DNA from: a virus
Virus record (IMG/VR): IMGVR_UViG_3300028821_000038
Location: 1 to 64,000 of that record
DNA: 64,000 nt
Direction: 5' to 3' (one strand)
Below are positions 9,038-19,733 of this stretch, piece by piece. The translations under genes were made by a program, and so were the position numbers. Position 1 is the stretch's first letter. The number at the start of each line of letters is the position of its first letter. The notes under the pieces are model-generated. The model did not search any database. It was given only the letters and a program-made list of their open reading frames with translations, and was not told the DNA's origin.

Positions 9038-9039
9038 AT

Positions 9040-9771
9040 ATGCCTACCTTTAGAGATGGATTTATGGTCTCAGATGTCCCCAAGCAGGGGTGTAGTGAGC
9101 CATTACCAGAGCAAGTGTTTTGGATGGATGAGGAGGGCAAACAGCTCTCTTCCCCATCCAGTATTATAGGATATTTGATACGCATGACACAGGCTTATCT
9201 TGCCGCAAGCGATACCTACAAAAAAGTACAAGTGAAACCGTCTATAAATGATGAGTATTTCGAAAACTTTGGAGATCCACTTGTGACCATAAGAAGAGGG
9301 CAGGTGCAACCTGAAAACCTTGGTATAATGGGCGGAAAAACACCCTTACCAAAAACATTTCCGGATGGTATCCCTGGGTTTGACGATAAATACCCCAATG
9401 CAAACTTCTTAGATAGCAATAAGTATACCGACCTTGTGCAAATGGTTGTTATGGTTAATTTATATGCAGCTACACTTGCTGAGTGCGAAAATATAGGGTT
9501 TATGCTGTATAGGTTGTTTATGGCGTCTGGTGCTGACGTGCTAAAGGGCCCTTTTCCTTTTATACAGTTTGCAACATTTCCAACTATGACCCCCACAGAA
9601 GTAATGGAAAAACATGACGATATCTACATGCTAAGTCTTCAGTGGGCAATATCGTACTGGGATGATAGTATTGTCTTAGTGAGAAAGAATGTGATAAAAT
9701 ATGCTACAATCATAGTGAGAGATGAACCGGTAGAAAATGTCATCTATCGCGAGAATAACGAAAAGGAATAA
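9040..9771 (+). CDS. Putative tail terminator/completion protein
   Basis: 243 aa immediately upstream of the sheath gene. Confidence 0.45.
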   Translation: MPTFRDGFMVSDVPKQGCSEPLPEQVFWMDEEGKQLSSPSSIIGYLIRMTQAYLAASDTYKKVQVKPSINDEYFENFGDPLVTIRRGQVQPENLGIMGGKTPLPKTFPDGIPGFDDKYPNANFLDSNKYTDLVQMVVMVNLYAATLAECENIGFMLYRLFMASGADVLKGPFPFIQFATFPTMTPTEVMEKHDDIYMLSLQWAISYWDDSIVLVRKNVIKYATIIVRDEPVENVIYRENNEKE

Positions 9772-9773
9772 AA

Positions 9774-11966
9774 ATGGGAATTAGACCTTATGTAGCCATA
9801 GTCCAAGACATAGGTGTCACCGAGGCAAATATTGCTGAAACATATATGCCTGGGCTAATTATAGGACCGTGCCTTCAGATAGAGGATAGTCTATCAAATG
9901 ATAGCCTAAATGTATCCGCAGTTTACGGGAGTATCTCTAGCATTTTGACAGAGGCTTCTACTTCTGCAAAAGTGATTGAAGCGCAAGGTCTGCAAAGCGG
10001 ATCTGAGCTGAATTTTTCGACGCTTGGCTTTGGAGCAAAAAAACTTCTTGGTAAGATAGATATTGCTGAAGACTACAAGGCTCATGTAAAGAGTAGCACA
10101 GAAAAACATATACTTGTGGTGCAGACAGGTGGCGCTAATGATGTTACCAAGCAAATTCTCCTAGAAAAAGGGTGCGCCAATGGAGATTATCTCGATGTGA
10201 TTGTAGATAACTCCGGAACCCCTGAGACCGAAAGGGTAAAAATAAGAGAGTTTGTTGTGGATACAAGCACAGGGGACGAGATAATTTATATCTATTTATG
10301 GCAAGAGGTTCAGAACCCCCTCGTTACAGATGAGAGTGTAACTTTTGATCTTGTCGAATATAAGCCATTGGATGAAGCATATCTCGATATTCTGTCACCA
10401 ATGCTTGTTGAGCAATATGGTACAAGCACTTCTGCTTATACAATTGACAATACGGCCAGTCCTACCGATGGTGGCTTCAGTACAACTGTATATGTTTATC
10501 TTCCTACTACTGCCCCCGAAGGAGTGACTTTTGATAACCGCCAGATATCTACAGTAGAGCTAAAAACATTGGCCAATTATGATTCTGTGACCAATTCATA
10601 TCGAGTGGTAGAGGGAGAACTTTACAATCTCTTCGAGGCAACCAGAACAGACCTGTCCAATAACATCCTTGATGTAACAACTGAAAACTTTACCAATATT
10701 CTTGGTGAACCAAACCCTAAAAACAAGCTTTCATATGCCATGAGCATCATCAAAAAAGAGGTTCCTGGTGCGACTATGAAAGTATATGTGTTGGAAGAGG
10801 ATACAGCAGATGCCTATAGTGTGGCGCTCAGCAAAATTGTAAACTCCGATAACTTCTATTCTGTATCAGTTTTAACTGATAATGAGAGTGTCATAGGCGA
10901 GGTTCTTAACTTGACTAAGACCGCGGGTTCCGAAGAAGTAAGTAAGTGGAAAATGGGCATTGTTGCACCAAGACTCCCGTATCTCAACAGGAAGATGACC
11001 ACAGATGACTACACTATCACAGATAACGGAAACGATGAGTTTACTGTAGAGTTTGCGCGGGGTGGGCTTGCTCTGTCAGGTATGCGCGTTGGCGATTCGC
11101 TGTTTAAGGGTAGCGATATAGAAAAAGCGTCGGATAGCTACTATGAGCAGTATGCTGAGCCATATTCCAGTATAGCAGTTGCTACTATAGAGCAGGTTGT
11201 AACCGATCAGAAAATGATTGTAAAAACTGTCAAAACCGGCTTTGATCTGATAAATGAGATGTCTGGCGAAACGCTGATTGTTGGCATTGTAAACAAGCAT
11301 CAAAACCTTATAGATGCAGTAAAAGCAAAAGCCGAATCCTATGGGTCTCATAGTATTGTTATGCTATTCCCCGATAAGTACGAAATCATAGAGGACAACT
11401 CTTCTATTATTGTGCCCGGATTTATATTCTCTGCTGTGGTGAATGCAGTAATGGCGCACCTTCCTCCTCAGCAAGGTCTCTCCAATCTGGCATTCAACAG
11501 TATTACAAGAGTCATTGGAAGCTCTTTCTATTTCAGCGATAGAGAGCTCGATGAGATAGCGTCTTCTGGAGTATTTGTTGTTATTCAGGATAACTATGCC
11601 TCTAAGCCTTATGTTCTCCGCCAGCTTACTACAGATATGAGCGCCTTAGAGACAATGGAAATTAACAAAGTTAGATGTCTTGACTATGCCTCCGCTGTCT
11701 TCTCTGAAGGGTTGGATGATTATGTGGGTAAGAGAAACATTACTGAGGCTAACACTTACGATATCAAAAAAAGCCTTGCTGCTAAGGGTGGCTATCTGAT
11801 AGACGAAACAAAGAAGCCATATCTTGGACCGGTGATAACATATTTCAACATTGTGCAAGTTGTAATCCCCGAAGATGAGAGGGACGCGGTAGAGGCTATT
11901 GTGGAAGTAAATACACCCACTTCCATGAATAAAATAAGACTCTTCGTGAAGTCTACTATACAATAA
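9774..11966 (+). CDS. Contractile tail sheath protein
   Basis: C-terminal sheath core: PPQQGLSN...ELDEIASSGV...LRQLTT...EINKVRCLDY...YVGKRNIT...PTSMNKIRL. Confidence 0.85.
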   Translation: MGIRPYVAIVQDIGVTEANIAETYMPGLIIGPCLQIEDSLSNDSLNVSAVYGSISSILTEASTSAKVIEAQGLQSGSELNFSTLGFGAKKLLGKIDIAEDYKAHVKSSTEKHILVVQTGGANDVTKQILLEKGCANGDYLDVIVDNSGTPETERVKIREFVVDTSTGDEIIYIYLWQEVQNPLVTDESVTFDLVEYKPLDEAYLDILSPMLVEQYGTSTSAYTIDNTASPTDGGFSTTVYVYLPTTAPEGVTFDNRQISTVELKTLANYDSVTNSYRVVEGELYNLFEATRTDLSNNILDVTTENFTNILGEPNPKNKLSYAMSIIKKEVPGATMKVYVLEEDTADAYSVALSKIVNSDNFYSVSVLTDNESVIGEVLNLTKTAGSEEVSKWKMGIVAPRLPYLNRKMTTDDYTITDNGNDEFTVEFARGGLALSGMRVGDSLFKGSDIEKASDSYYEQYAEPYSSIAVATIEQVVTDQKMIVKTVKTGFDLINEMSGETLIVGIVNKHQNLIDAVKAKAESYGSHSIVMLFPDKYEIIEDNSSIIVPGFIFSAVVNAVMAHLPPQQGLSNLAFNSITRVIGSSFYFSDRELDEIASSGVFVVIQDNYASKPYVLRQLTTDMSALETMEINKVRCLDYASAVFSEGLDDYVGKRNITEANTYDIKKSLAAKGGYLIDETKKPYLGPVITYFNIVQVVIPEDERDAVEAIVEVNTPTSMNKIRLFVKSTIQ

Positions 11967-11979
11967 GAAAGGATAGAGT

Positions 11980-12300
11980 ATGGCAACAGGTGATTCGCAA
12001 AATGCTTGCGCAGGCATTATGATTAACGGAAATGCAAGTTACGGTAACGATCCTCAACCTCTGTTTGAAGCAGGTCAAAAAAATATGGCCTGTGTTATAG
12101 AAATTGAAGCTTTGGCGCAGCTGCAATTGTCTCATACGGTTATTGACCAGCACTTTGAGAATAAAAAAGTAGCTACTTGGGGAGGCTTGACAATCAAGGA
12201 TCCCATCTACAAATACAATGTTACTGCTTCTTCAGGTCAGGCCTATTATGTGGAGACCATGATAGCGATGGGCCGAAGGGATGTAGCGACAGTAGCTTAA
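11980..12300 (+). CDS. Small protein directly after the sheath; possibly tail-tube related
   Basis: Position, strong AAAGGA RBS, QPLFEAG motif; only 106 aa, short for a tube protein. Confidence 0.35.
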   Translation: MATGDSQNACAGIMINGNASYGNDPQPLFEAGQKNMACVIEIEALAQLQLSHTVIDQHFENKKVATWGGLTIKDPIYKYNVTASSGQAYYVETMIAMGRRDVATVA

Positions 12301-12320
12301 TAGAGTTCTGCTGAGGTATC

Positions 12321-14279
12321 ATGAATTATTTGCTTCGGAGATACGACATCCACGAATCCCGGGATGTCGCATTTCCCAATGATGGGCTTTTTACTGATGT
12401 TAGACCAACTAGCACAATAGCTTTATGCCAAGAGATATATGCAGACTTTGGCATGGCCAGAGTTACTTCATATAGTTTTGGCACAAGGATATTTAAATAC
12501 ACCGAAGATTCCGGTATTAGACCTGGCGACGATGTTGTTGTTCAGGTTTTCTCAGGTGTTCCCCTTATCACTCACAAGGTTCATTACGGATACGACCCCC
12601 AGAAGTCAATTCTTATAGATTTTGATAATGAAGATGGAAAGATAATCCAGCGAGTCAAGAAAGAGCCAGAATGGAGAGAAGAAGAGGCTGAGTGGGCGAC
12701 TGCTCGGTACTGTATAGTGAAACACAAGCCTGGCGAGCGTTCTTTTACTGTGGATATGGCAGGATTGTTTGTTGGGTATAGTGCTGTCAGACTATTTTAT
12801 GCGCCTGATAGCAGGATTGAGGTATACCGCAAAAACATAAATTTAATCTCTCCGAATATATATATGATGACAAAAAATGCCGCCATTGAACTTGATGATG
12901 AAGAGGAAGGGGGCGGGGTCTATTCGTATACATTTTTCGAAGATGAAGATTCTGTTGTCTACACAACCAGAGAGTTCAAAGGAAATGTCTCCAAGCAGCT
13001 TACCGCAAAAGGCATCTTTATAGAAAGTGGTTATGGGTTGTTTTCAGTATTGAGTCTTGAGGATGTGGTTTATCTGTTTATGGTCATAGATAGAGAGAGG
13101 AAGGAGTATGAGCAGGAGGTAAGCATTGTATCCCATAGATATTCAAACAGAAAACTCTCAATTGATGGCAATAAAAGCCATTCTGATATATCTATAAATG
13201 ATATGACTCTAAAAGTATCTCGTTTAACCGAAGAGGACTTGAAGGTGGGAGCTATAGTTATTGGTTTTGAGGATGATTCATTTCCTGTAACATACCTAAG
13301 AGCCATCGATATAAAAGGGAATGTTTTTGAATTTGCAGCGGGTAAAAAACACACCATTGCTAAAGATCGTAGTGATATAGTTTTTCATGATAGACTGTCG
13401 GTTTCTATGGGGGAGGAGTGGTATGTACGACAATCCAATAGAAACGATATACACTACCCAATCAATGAGGGGAGTTATGATATACGTGAGACATATGGGA
13501 CTTCTATAACCTCTATCAAGGGGCGGAGTGTTGCTTCGTACTACGAAGAGGAATTTGTCAATAGAATAAATTTTACCGAAGAGTATGAAGTTGATGCAGA
13601 ATCTGGAATTGATACACTCAAAAAAAGCACCATACCCAAAGAGATAGTGGACAGGCATAATTATATTATCAACTTCGATGATCTAAAAATATCTAGCCCT
13701 GTAGAGGAGCAGGTGATATTTAATTATGGAAAGAATGTGGTCTCTCATATAAGAAACGCAACAAACACTCTTTTTGGAATCTCGGGAAGTGTTGATGGAA
13801 AAAGTGCATCCATGATACTTAACGGAGACACTTTTAGTGTTGGCAATGAAGGGGCGGTTAGGCTGGAATCAGAAATATTACTTGCCTCTAACAACTACTC
13901 TATTTTTGATGGTATTGCCGTATTCAACAATGGGGTTAGAGTAGATGGAGACTTTTTTATTAAAGCAGACAATATTTATATGGAGGCAACCAAAAACTAT
14001 TATATTAGAACACTGAATGCTTTCATAATGGCGGATAAGAGTATAGGTTTTACATATAAAGATAAGTTTTATGCCAGCTGTACCGATACTATATATGAAG
14101 GAAAAGAGAAGTTATCTCCAGCTGCTTTCAATATGGACAAAACAAAAGTGACAGTATCTGCAGAGGATTTCTTTGTTTACGCCGATAATAACGGTTCTAT
14201 ATATGCAAAAGAACGTTTAGGAATGGGTTCAGAGAACACAAGCATTTCAGGATTATCATATTATGGTAGTAGAGAATAA
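12321..14279 (+). CDS. Baseplate central spike (gp5/gpV-like)
   Basis: N-terminal OB-like segment (IRPGDDVVVQVFSGVPLI) and C-terminal beta-helix-like repeats. Confidence 0.55.
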   Translation: MNYLLRRYDIHESRDVAFPNDGLFTDVRPTSTIALCQEIYADFGMARVTSYSFGTRIFKYTEDSGIRPGDDVVVQVFSGVPLITHKVHYGYDPQKSILIDFDNEDGKIIQRVKKEPEWREEEAEWATARYCIVKHKPGERSFTVDMAGLFVGYSAVRLFYAPDSRIEVYRKNINLISPNIYMMTKNAAIELDDEEEGGGVYSYTFFEDEDSVVYTTREFKGNVSKQLTAKGIFIESGYGLFSVLSLEDVVYLFMVIDRERKEYEQEVSIVSHRYSNRKLSIDGNKSHSDISINDMTLKVSRLTEEDLKVGAIVIGFEDDSFPVTYLRAIDIKGNVFEFAAGKKHTIAKDRSDIVFHDRLSVSMGEEWYVRQSNRNDIHYPINEGSYDIRETYGTSITSIKGRSVASYYEEEFVNRINFTEEYEVDAESGIDTLKKSTIPKEIVDRHNYIINFDDLKISSPVEEQVIFNYGKNVVSHIRNATNTLFGISGSVDGKSASMILNGDTFSVGNEGAVRLESEILLASNNYSIFDGIAVFNNGVRVDGDFFIKADNIYMEATKNYYIRTLNAFIMADKSIGFTYKDKFYASCTDTIYEGKEKLSPAAFNMDKTKVTVSAEDFFVYADNNGSIYAKERLGMGSENTSISGLSYYGSRE

Positions 14280-14766
14280 AATAGAATATATAGTAGATAT
14301 GTCTAACTATTTTGTGTATCAGAGCTTCTCATATGGCTATAGTTGGATGGAGGACAATATCTACAAATACTTAAATAATAAGCTAAAAAAAGAGGGTTAT
14401 TCCATTGTTGAGACAATCAACTCTCCAGAGCTATGGAATACTATTGGTGTTTCGGTATTCAATATGCCATACTTAGATACCGGAGATGGAAAACACCAGT
14501 TTATAGTTCCTGAATATTCCGATCTTATTGATAGTGATATCGTTATTCAAAACAGAATTGGTAGCATTATAGATAAGCTTGTCATGTCTGATACCAATCA
14601 ACTTTTTATCAATAAAGATTTAAAGTTTTTTTTGTATAATGACAGTATCTCTGTGGAGGAGCAAAGTGGGATAGTTGAGCAAAATATTCCCTGTATTATT
14701 TTCAATGTATTGACCGTGTATATGCTTAGATTCATTAGAGAAAAAAACAAATCAAAGGACGAGTAA
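14263..14766 (+). CDS. Hypothetical tail-region protein
   Basis: 167 aa ORF overlapping both neighbours. Confidence 0.6.
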   Translation: MVVENKIEYIVDMSNYFVYQSFSYGYSWMEDNIYKYLNNKLKKEGYSIVETINSPELWNTIGVSVFNMPYLDTGDGKHQFIVPEYSDLIDSDIVIQNRIGSIIDKLVMSDTNQLFINKDLKFFLYNDSISVEEQSGIVEQNIPCIIFNVLTVYMLRFIREKNKSKDE

Positions 14767-15362
14767 TGCATAAAGAGGCACTGGATAAACTTTCTAATGT
14801 TTCCGATTTTAAAATAAATGATGAGCTGTTTAGCGAAGTCGACCAAATCAAAGAGGAGAAAATTCCAACTCTTGAAGATGAGTTTAAAAAATTAGATAGA
14901 GAGAGAGAGGTCGCCAAGACAGGTGGGGATTTGGCAAATGCCAACCGTTTTGAATATCAAATGAAAAATCTTGGCTTAACAAAAGACGATATTATAGATA
15001 TGGTGTTACAACTTTCTGATGATGGATACATTGAGGAAGAAGTAAGAATTTTAGATGGAAAAATAACCGCCCTATTCAGAACATCAAAAATGAAGGATTC
15101 TCGTGAGTTCGTAGAGACTTTTGATGAAATGAATGTCAACACAAGAGTCAAGACAGAATATTACATCAATCTATTTGCTCTGGCGTCTGTTCTTGCAAGG
15201 TATAAAGACCAAGTATTGAGTGGCATGACTATAATTGAAAGAATAAGGTGGATTGAGGATAATTTGGACGCACCAATATATAAAATTCTCCTTGATAAAA
15301 GCTCAAAATTCCTTGAGAAGATAGAATTGCTGTCTTCCGAGGAGGTTGCCGATTTTTTTTAG
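14766..15362 (+). CDS. Tail assembly chaperone (gpG-like)
   Basis: Acidic helical protein ending GAT TTT TTT TAG at a slippery site, two ORFs upstream of the tape measure. Confidence 0.75.
   Translation: MHKEALDKLSNVSDFKINDELFSEVDQIKEEKIPTLEDEFKKLDREREVAKTGGDLANANRFEYQMKNLGLTKDDIIDMVLQLSDDGYIEEEVRILDGKITALFRTSKMKDSREFVETFDEMNVNTRVKTEYYINLFALASVLARYKDQVLSGMTIIERIRWIEDNLDAPIYKILLDKSSKFLEKIELLSSEEVADFF
15353..15360 (+). other. Programmed -1 frameshift site (T TTT TTT)
   Basis: T8 run; the -1 frame reads TTA GGA AAT AGC TTT TTG CTT... open to 15673. Confidence 0.8.
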
Positions 15363-15673
15363 GAAATAGCTTTTTGCTTAGAAGGATCCAATATATTGTC
15401 GAAGGATCCTTCCATAAAGTAAAAAGCAACGATCTGCTATATATCTTTATTGACCTGTATTACCAGAAAAAAACTTTAGAGAAGCAGTTATATAGGGCAC
15501 TAAAAATAAAGACAATCTTGGTGGCCGGCGGTCCGTATGAACAGTCCTACTCTAGCGCCATAGACTCTTTAGTGGATGAATATGATAAAATTGAATCAAT
15601 GTTTGATTCAGATAAAAAAGAGAACGAGAAACCAGATGTAGACGAGATGTTTGAGTTTCTTGAATCTTTGTAA
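15359..15673 (+). CDS. Frameshift-extension part of the tail chaperone (gpGT-like)
   Basis: In the -1 frame relative to 14766..15362 and lacks an ATG start. Confidence 0.75.
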   Translation, partial: LGNSFLLRRIQYIVEGSFHKVKSNDLLYIFIDLYYQKKTLEKQLYRALKIKTILVAGGPYEQSYSSAIDSLVDEYDKIESMFDSDKKENEKPDVDEMFEFLESL

Positions 15674-15685
15674 AAGGTGATATAG

Positions 15686-18600
15686 ATGTACGATCCCGCA
15701 AGTGGTAGTTTTGGTATACAATCCCAAGGTGGAGCCTTCTCTAATATGAACAGTTTATATATGTTCAATGCAGGGCAAGGTGGAGGTTTTAGACCTCAGT
15801 CGTCTACCATGATGTCTGCCAAATATCAATATCTGCAGGGTGCCAATATAGACACCACAATGATGGGCTTCAGAAACCCTGCATTGTCCACATATGATTT
15901 TGGGTTCTGGGATACAATCAAAAAAAATGTATTCCATTCTCCCCTTCCTTTAGGAGTTTCAGCCGTTGACTACCAAATAGCAAGAGAAGAGTATTCTGAT
16001 ATAGCTAAAAATGCATATGGTTTTGATTTGCTCGGTGCTGCAGTATCCACAGGACTTACTATGGGAATGGGCCCCATCGGTATCCCGGTAAGCATGCTAA
16101 TTACGAGTGGGTTTGACTACGCTAGAGATAAAAGGCTACAGAACTATAGGCGAACAATGGGGGTTGCCGCTCTAACCAGTGGTGTATTCCGGGGAGATCG
16201 AATAGGATTATCCGGCAAGAGCAATGCAGACATTAAAAAGTTTATGGAAAAAATTGGTGCAGAAGATGTATTGCTTGATGCAAAGGACATAATGCAAATA
16301 ACCCAATTTGCATCAAAGAGCGGTCTTTTTAAGAGCCTGTCCGATCCTACTCAATTTAAGGAAGCAATTAGAAATTTCAAAGACATGTTAAAAAACCTGT
16401 CAGACTTTACTAATGATCCAAATCTTATAGGAATTGCAAAGCAGGTTGTAGCTCTTAGAAATGCTGGTTTTAGTACAGCTTCTGCGGGAAGCTTTATTAA
16501 GAAAACATACATCGCGGCGCAGTTTGCAGGGATGAGTAAAGAACAGGCCCAGGAACACATGAGGGCCTCAATAATGTTTGCAACAAATAACAATACAGAT
16601 CCTAGATATTTTGCAGCACAAATGAATAGAGCTATGCTGTATGCACCTGCTTTGCGGCAAACTGGACTTATGCCAGAGTTTTTAAACAACAATGGAACAC
16701 TGATGGCATCTGCTAGAGAATTAACATACACTGCTGATATTGGAGCAATGAAGCGTTATGGGGTAAATAATGAACTGAGATTGTTTTATGCAGCTATGAA
16801 AGCAAAAGATCAAGGAACAGATGTTAAGGAGGTTCTAAAAGAGATAGAATCGAAGCCTATAGATGAACAGAGAGAGATTATATACAACTATCAAAGTAGT
16901 AGTCCTATTACATATCAAAGAGGACTTACAGATCATGATATTAGAACCAGTGTTCTGGCAACAACCAAGGGGATTTCAGATATAGAAACCAAGGATCAAT
17001 CCTATGTTGATTTTATGAAGCGAATTTATAAGGATAGTCCAGACAAAAACAGCATGACGCCGTTGGAGCTTGTCGAATTATATGAGCAGTATGCAGGGGT
17101 GAAGCTTTCCCGGCCAACATTTGCCCTTGCGACAACAGCTGCTGACTCCATTATAAAAGGAACCTCTGATTCCTTGTTTGGAAAAACAGACAGGATGGCC
17201 AAGCGGGTCGAGATGAGAAGAGAAGCAATAAACGCCCGCAGAAGAAGAGACGAAGAAAATGGCTTATGGGGGAATGTAGTTGTAACTTACAAGAAATTAT
17301 ATACATGGGTTGCTCAGGCAATAGGCGGTTCCTCTCAAGCTGGAGATAGGATAGAGTATGCTCAGGATGTACAATATGGGGGTGGTACCCTGAGTGATGT
17401 TTTAAAAAGGAAACCTAACACTATTGAATGGTCGGGATTCTCAATTGACAACAAGCTGAAGATAGCTGCTTCTATAATAAACAGAGGGATGATTAAGACA
17501 CCTGATGCCGAAGATACTAAAAAGAAACTATTTGAGGTTAAATATTTTACAAAAGAAGAATTACTGAGAGGGTGGGGTATTGGAGAGAGTAAGAATTGGC
17601 ACCTGCTTCCCAAAAGTGTAGTAGATGCGTTTACATCCGATGATGATATCGCAATGGATGAAGAGAGATTTAGACAATACAAAATAAAAATCAAAGAAGC
17701 AAGCCATGATGATATTTTCAAGGGGGATACTATCGATACCTTCTTGAGGCTTAAGGTGGGGGAGGATATATCTAAAAAACACAATAAAACAAGAAGCGCC
17801 AGTATTGAGGCGGTAAATATCGGGCTAAGAGCACTGAAGGTTGGCGATAAAGTAGCCTTAAAAGAGTTTAGAGATAAGTATCGAGCGCAACACAGGAATC
17901 TTGATAGTGATATGGGGTTAGATATGAAGAGGAAGGAAACCTTCACCCCAGAGGAGCTCCAAGCAGTTCTACCAGAAATAAAAAGCTATATTACGAAGCA
18001 TCGTGGCGCGTCTTCAGACAAGCAATATAAGTTTATTAAGGCAAAAAAAGATGAAGCAAAGATGTTTATCATAGATAACGCTTTTAGAGCTAGCAGTACA
18101 GAGAGTTTCTTAGGGAGAAACAAAATGTCAGAAGCAGCCAATCTCTTAAGCACTGAAGAGTTATATAAACTTCAGAGGAAATTCAAATATGATCAAAATG
18201 TAGCAGCAAATATTGGCGCATTGATAGAAAGCAGAGGTGTTCCAGCTGCAGAGCTCATAGAGAAAGTATCCCCAGAGGTACTAAAGTATGGAAAACAGCT
18301 GTATGCAGAGATAGATAGATATGGACTTAGTGTTGCTGATACGGAAGAGCTTTTTAAAGCTTTTAAATTGCGCACTCCTGAAGAAAGAAAAGGAATGGTG
18401 CTTTCAAAACTTCGAAAGCTTGTTTCTGAAGAGCGCATATCCCCCGAAGCCTATATGTCTTTATTGAAACCTGCCATAAAATTAGCATTGACAAAAGGAA
18501 AGGATGGGGAAACATCTGATGTGGATGAGATTAGCTTATCTCTGCGATCAGCCAGGAGTGCGCGTCGGGATTTCTCAAAGAGAGCTTTTAAGGCCTTCAA

Positions 18601-19165
18601 AGATAAGTATGGTCTTAACAAAGAGGAGGTTGCTCATATTTTCGATATCGTAAGTCAAACGGGGAAAACTACAAAGGAGAGAAACAAAGAGCTTAATGAG
18701 TATATCAATAGTATTCAGATTACACAAGGCGACATAAACGAAATTAAGATGCTGAGAGAGGCAGATATTCCCATAGAGGAAAAACGGAAGAAAGTTGATG
18801 AGATAATCAGGGGTACCCACGTGGATCCTTCTGGTTATAGTAGATTGATGCATCTCTTGAATAAAAAACTAACAAAAGACGATACTGCGGCCTACAAAGA
18901 GATAGATGAGATACTTAGTAAACAAAGACATCTTCCAGGTATTACCATAAGAGATATTGGTAGAACTTTAGACGACAGTAGGCTTTTTGGCAGTAAAGAC
19001 TTAACTGCTAAAGAAATATATCAGACTTCACATGGGGATTCCGTTAAAATATTATCAAAGATAAGTGAATCGATGCAGCATGTATCTAAAACCATGCCTA
19101 AGGGCATCAATAATCTCGTAGATGCTATTAAAGGCGATTCTTATAGAAAGGTTCCGGAACAATGA
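15686..19165 (+). CDS. Tape measure protein
   Basis: 1159 aa, largely helical, Gly/Ala-rich hydrophobic patch, follows the G/GT pair. Confidence 0.75.
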   Translation: MYDPASGSFGIQSQGGAFSNMNSLYMFNAGQGGGFRPQSSTMMSAKYQYLQGANIDTTMMGFRNPALSTYDFGFWDTIKKNVFHSPLPLGVSAVDYQIAREEYSDIAKNAYGFDLLGAAVSTGLTMGMGPIGIPVSMLITSGFDYARDKRLQNYRRTMGVAALTSGVFRGDRIGLSGKSNADIKKFMEKIGAEDVLLDAKDIMQITQFASKSGLFKSLSDPTQFKEAIRNFKDMLKNLSDFTNDPNLIGIAKQVVALRNAGFSTASAGSFIKKTYIAAQFAGMSKEQAQEHMRASIMFATNNNTDPRYFAAQMNRAMLYAPALRQTGLMPEFLNNNGTLMASARELTYTADIGAMKRYGVNNELRLFYAAMKAKDQGTDVKEVLKEIESKPIDEQREIIYNYQSSSPITYQRGLTDHDIRTSVLATTKGISDIETKDQSYVDFMKRIYKDSPDKNSMTPLELVELYEQYAGVKLSRPTFALATTAADSIIKGTSDSLFGKTDRMAKRVEMRREAINARRRRDEENGLWGNVVVTYKKLYTWVAQAIGGSSQAGDRIEYAQDVQYGGGTLSDVLKRKPNTIEWSGFSIDNKLKIAASIINRGMIKTPDAEDTKKKLFEVKYFTKEELLRGWGIGESKNWHLLPKSVVDAFTSDDDIAMDEERFRQYKIKIKEASHDDIFKGDTIDTFLRLKVGEDISKKHNKTRSASIEAVNIGLRALKVGDKVALKEFRDKYRAQHRNLDSDMGLDMKRKETFTPEELQAVLPEIKSYITKHRGASSDKQYKFIKAKKDEAKMFIIDNAFRASSTESFLGRNKMSEAANLLSTEELYKLQRKFKYDQNVAANIGALIESRGVPAAELIEKVSPEVLKYGKQLYAEIDRYGLSVADTEELFKAFKLRTPEERKGMVLSKLRKLVSEERISPEAYMSLLKPAIKLALTKGKDGETSDVDEISLSLRSARSARRDFSKRAFKAFKDKYGLNKEEVAHIFDIVSQTGKTTKERNKELNEYINSIQITQGDINEIKMLREADIPIEEKRKKVDEIIRGTHVDPSGYSRLMHLLNKKLTKDDTAAYKEIDEILSKQRHLPGITIRDIGRTLDDSRLFGSKDLTAKEIYQTSHGDSVKILSKISESMQHVSKTMPKGINNLVDAIKGDSYRKVPEQ

Positions 19166-19470
19166 AAGTAACTCTTAGTTCAGCCTGCTCAATAGAGAAG
19201 GAATTTATGACCGTTAGCCCCATAGATGGGGACGCCTATATAGATGAGGAATTTATACGGACTGGCTTATGGACAACTAATGTTGTTTTGGCAAATGTCA
19301 AAGATTGCAGTGAAGAAGGAAGGGTTGTCGAAGTGGGAGCAGAATGTAAGATTTATTCCGAGCCAGCAACAGGAGATGGTATTTTGGTTCAAAAAACGAT
19401 AGCATATGATGGCGGCGGTAGCAGCACTCCGTATCAGCAGATAATATACACCTTTATAGGGGCAGAGTAA
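19162..19470 (+). CDS. Hypothetical baseplate-region protein
   Basis: ATGA-coupled to the tape measure gene. Confidence 0.55.
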   Translation: MKVTLSSACSIEKEFMTVSPIDGDAYIDEEFIRTGLWTTNVVLANVKDCSEEGRVVEVGAECKIYSEPATGDGILVQKTIAYDGGGSSTPYQQIIYTFIGAE

Positions 19471-19733
19471 TGAAAGAATATCCTTCAGTAGTCACCAAAA
19501 GAGAGTGTGTTCAGACTATGGATTATATGGTGTCGCGACCAATAAAAGGGAGAGAGCGTTTATTTGTGCAGGGAAGAGGAGCAAAAAGCGGATATGTTGT
19601 CATAGCAAACTATAAGAATGAAAAAATAGAATCTGATTGTGAAGCAATCAATAGTGGACATATGGTGTCTAAAGCCTCCGCTGCATATTCCGGCACTCCA
19701 TACACAATCACCACGATAAGGTATATGAAATGA
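19470..19733 (+). CDS. Hypothetical baseplate-region protein
   Basis: TAATG-coupled ORF. Confidence 0.55.
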   Translation: MKEYPSVVTKRECVQTMDYMVSRPIKGRERLFVQGRGAKSGYVVIANYKNEKIESDCEAINSGHMVSKASAAYSGTPYTITTIRYMK

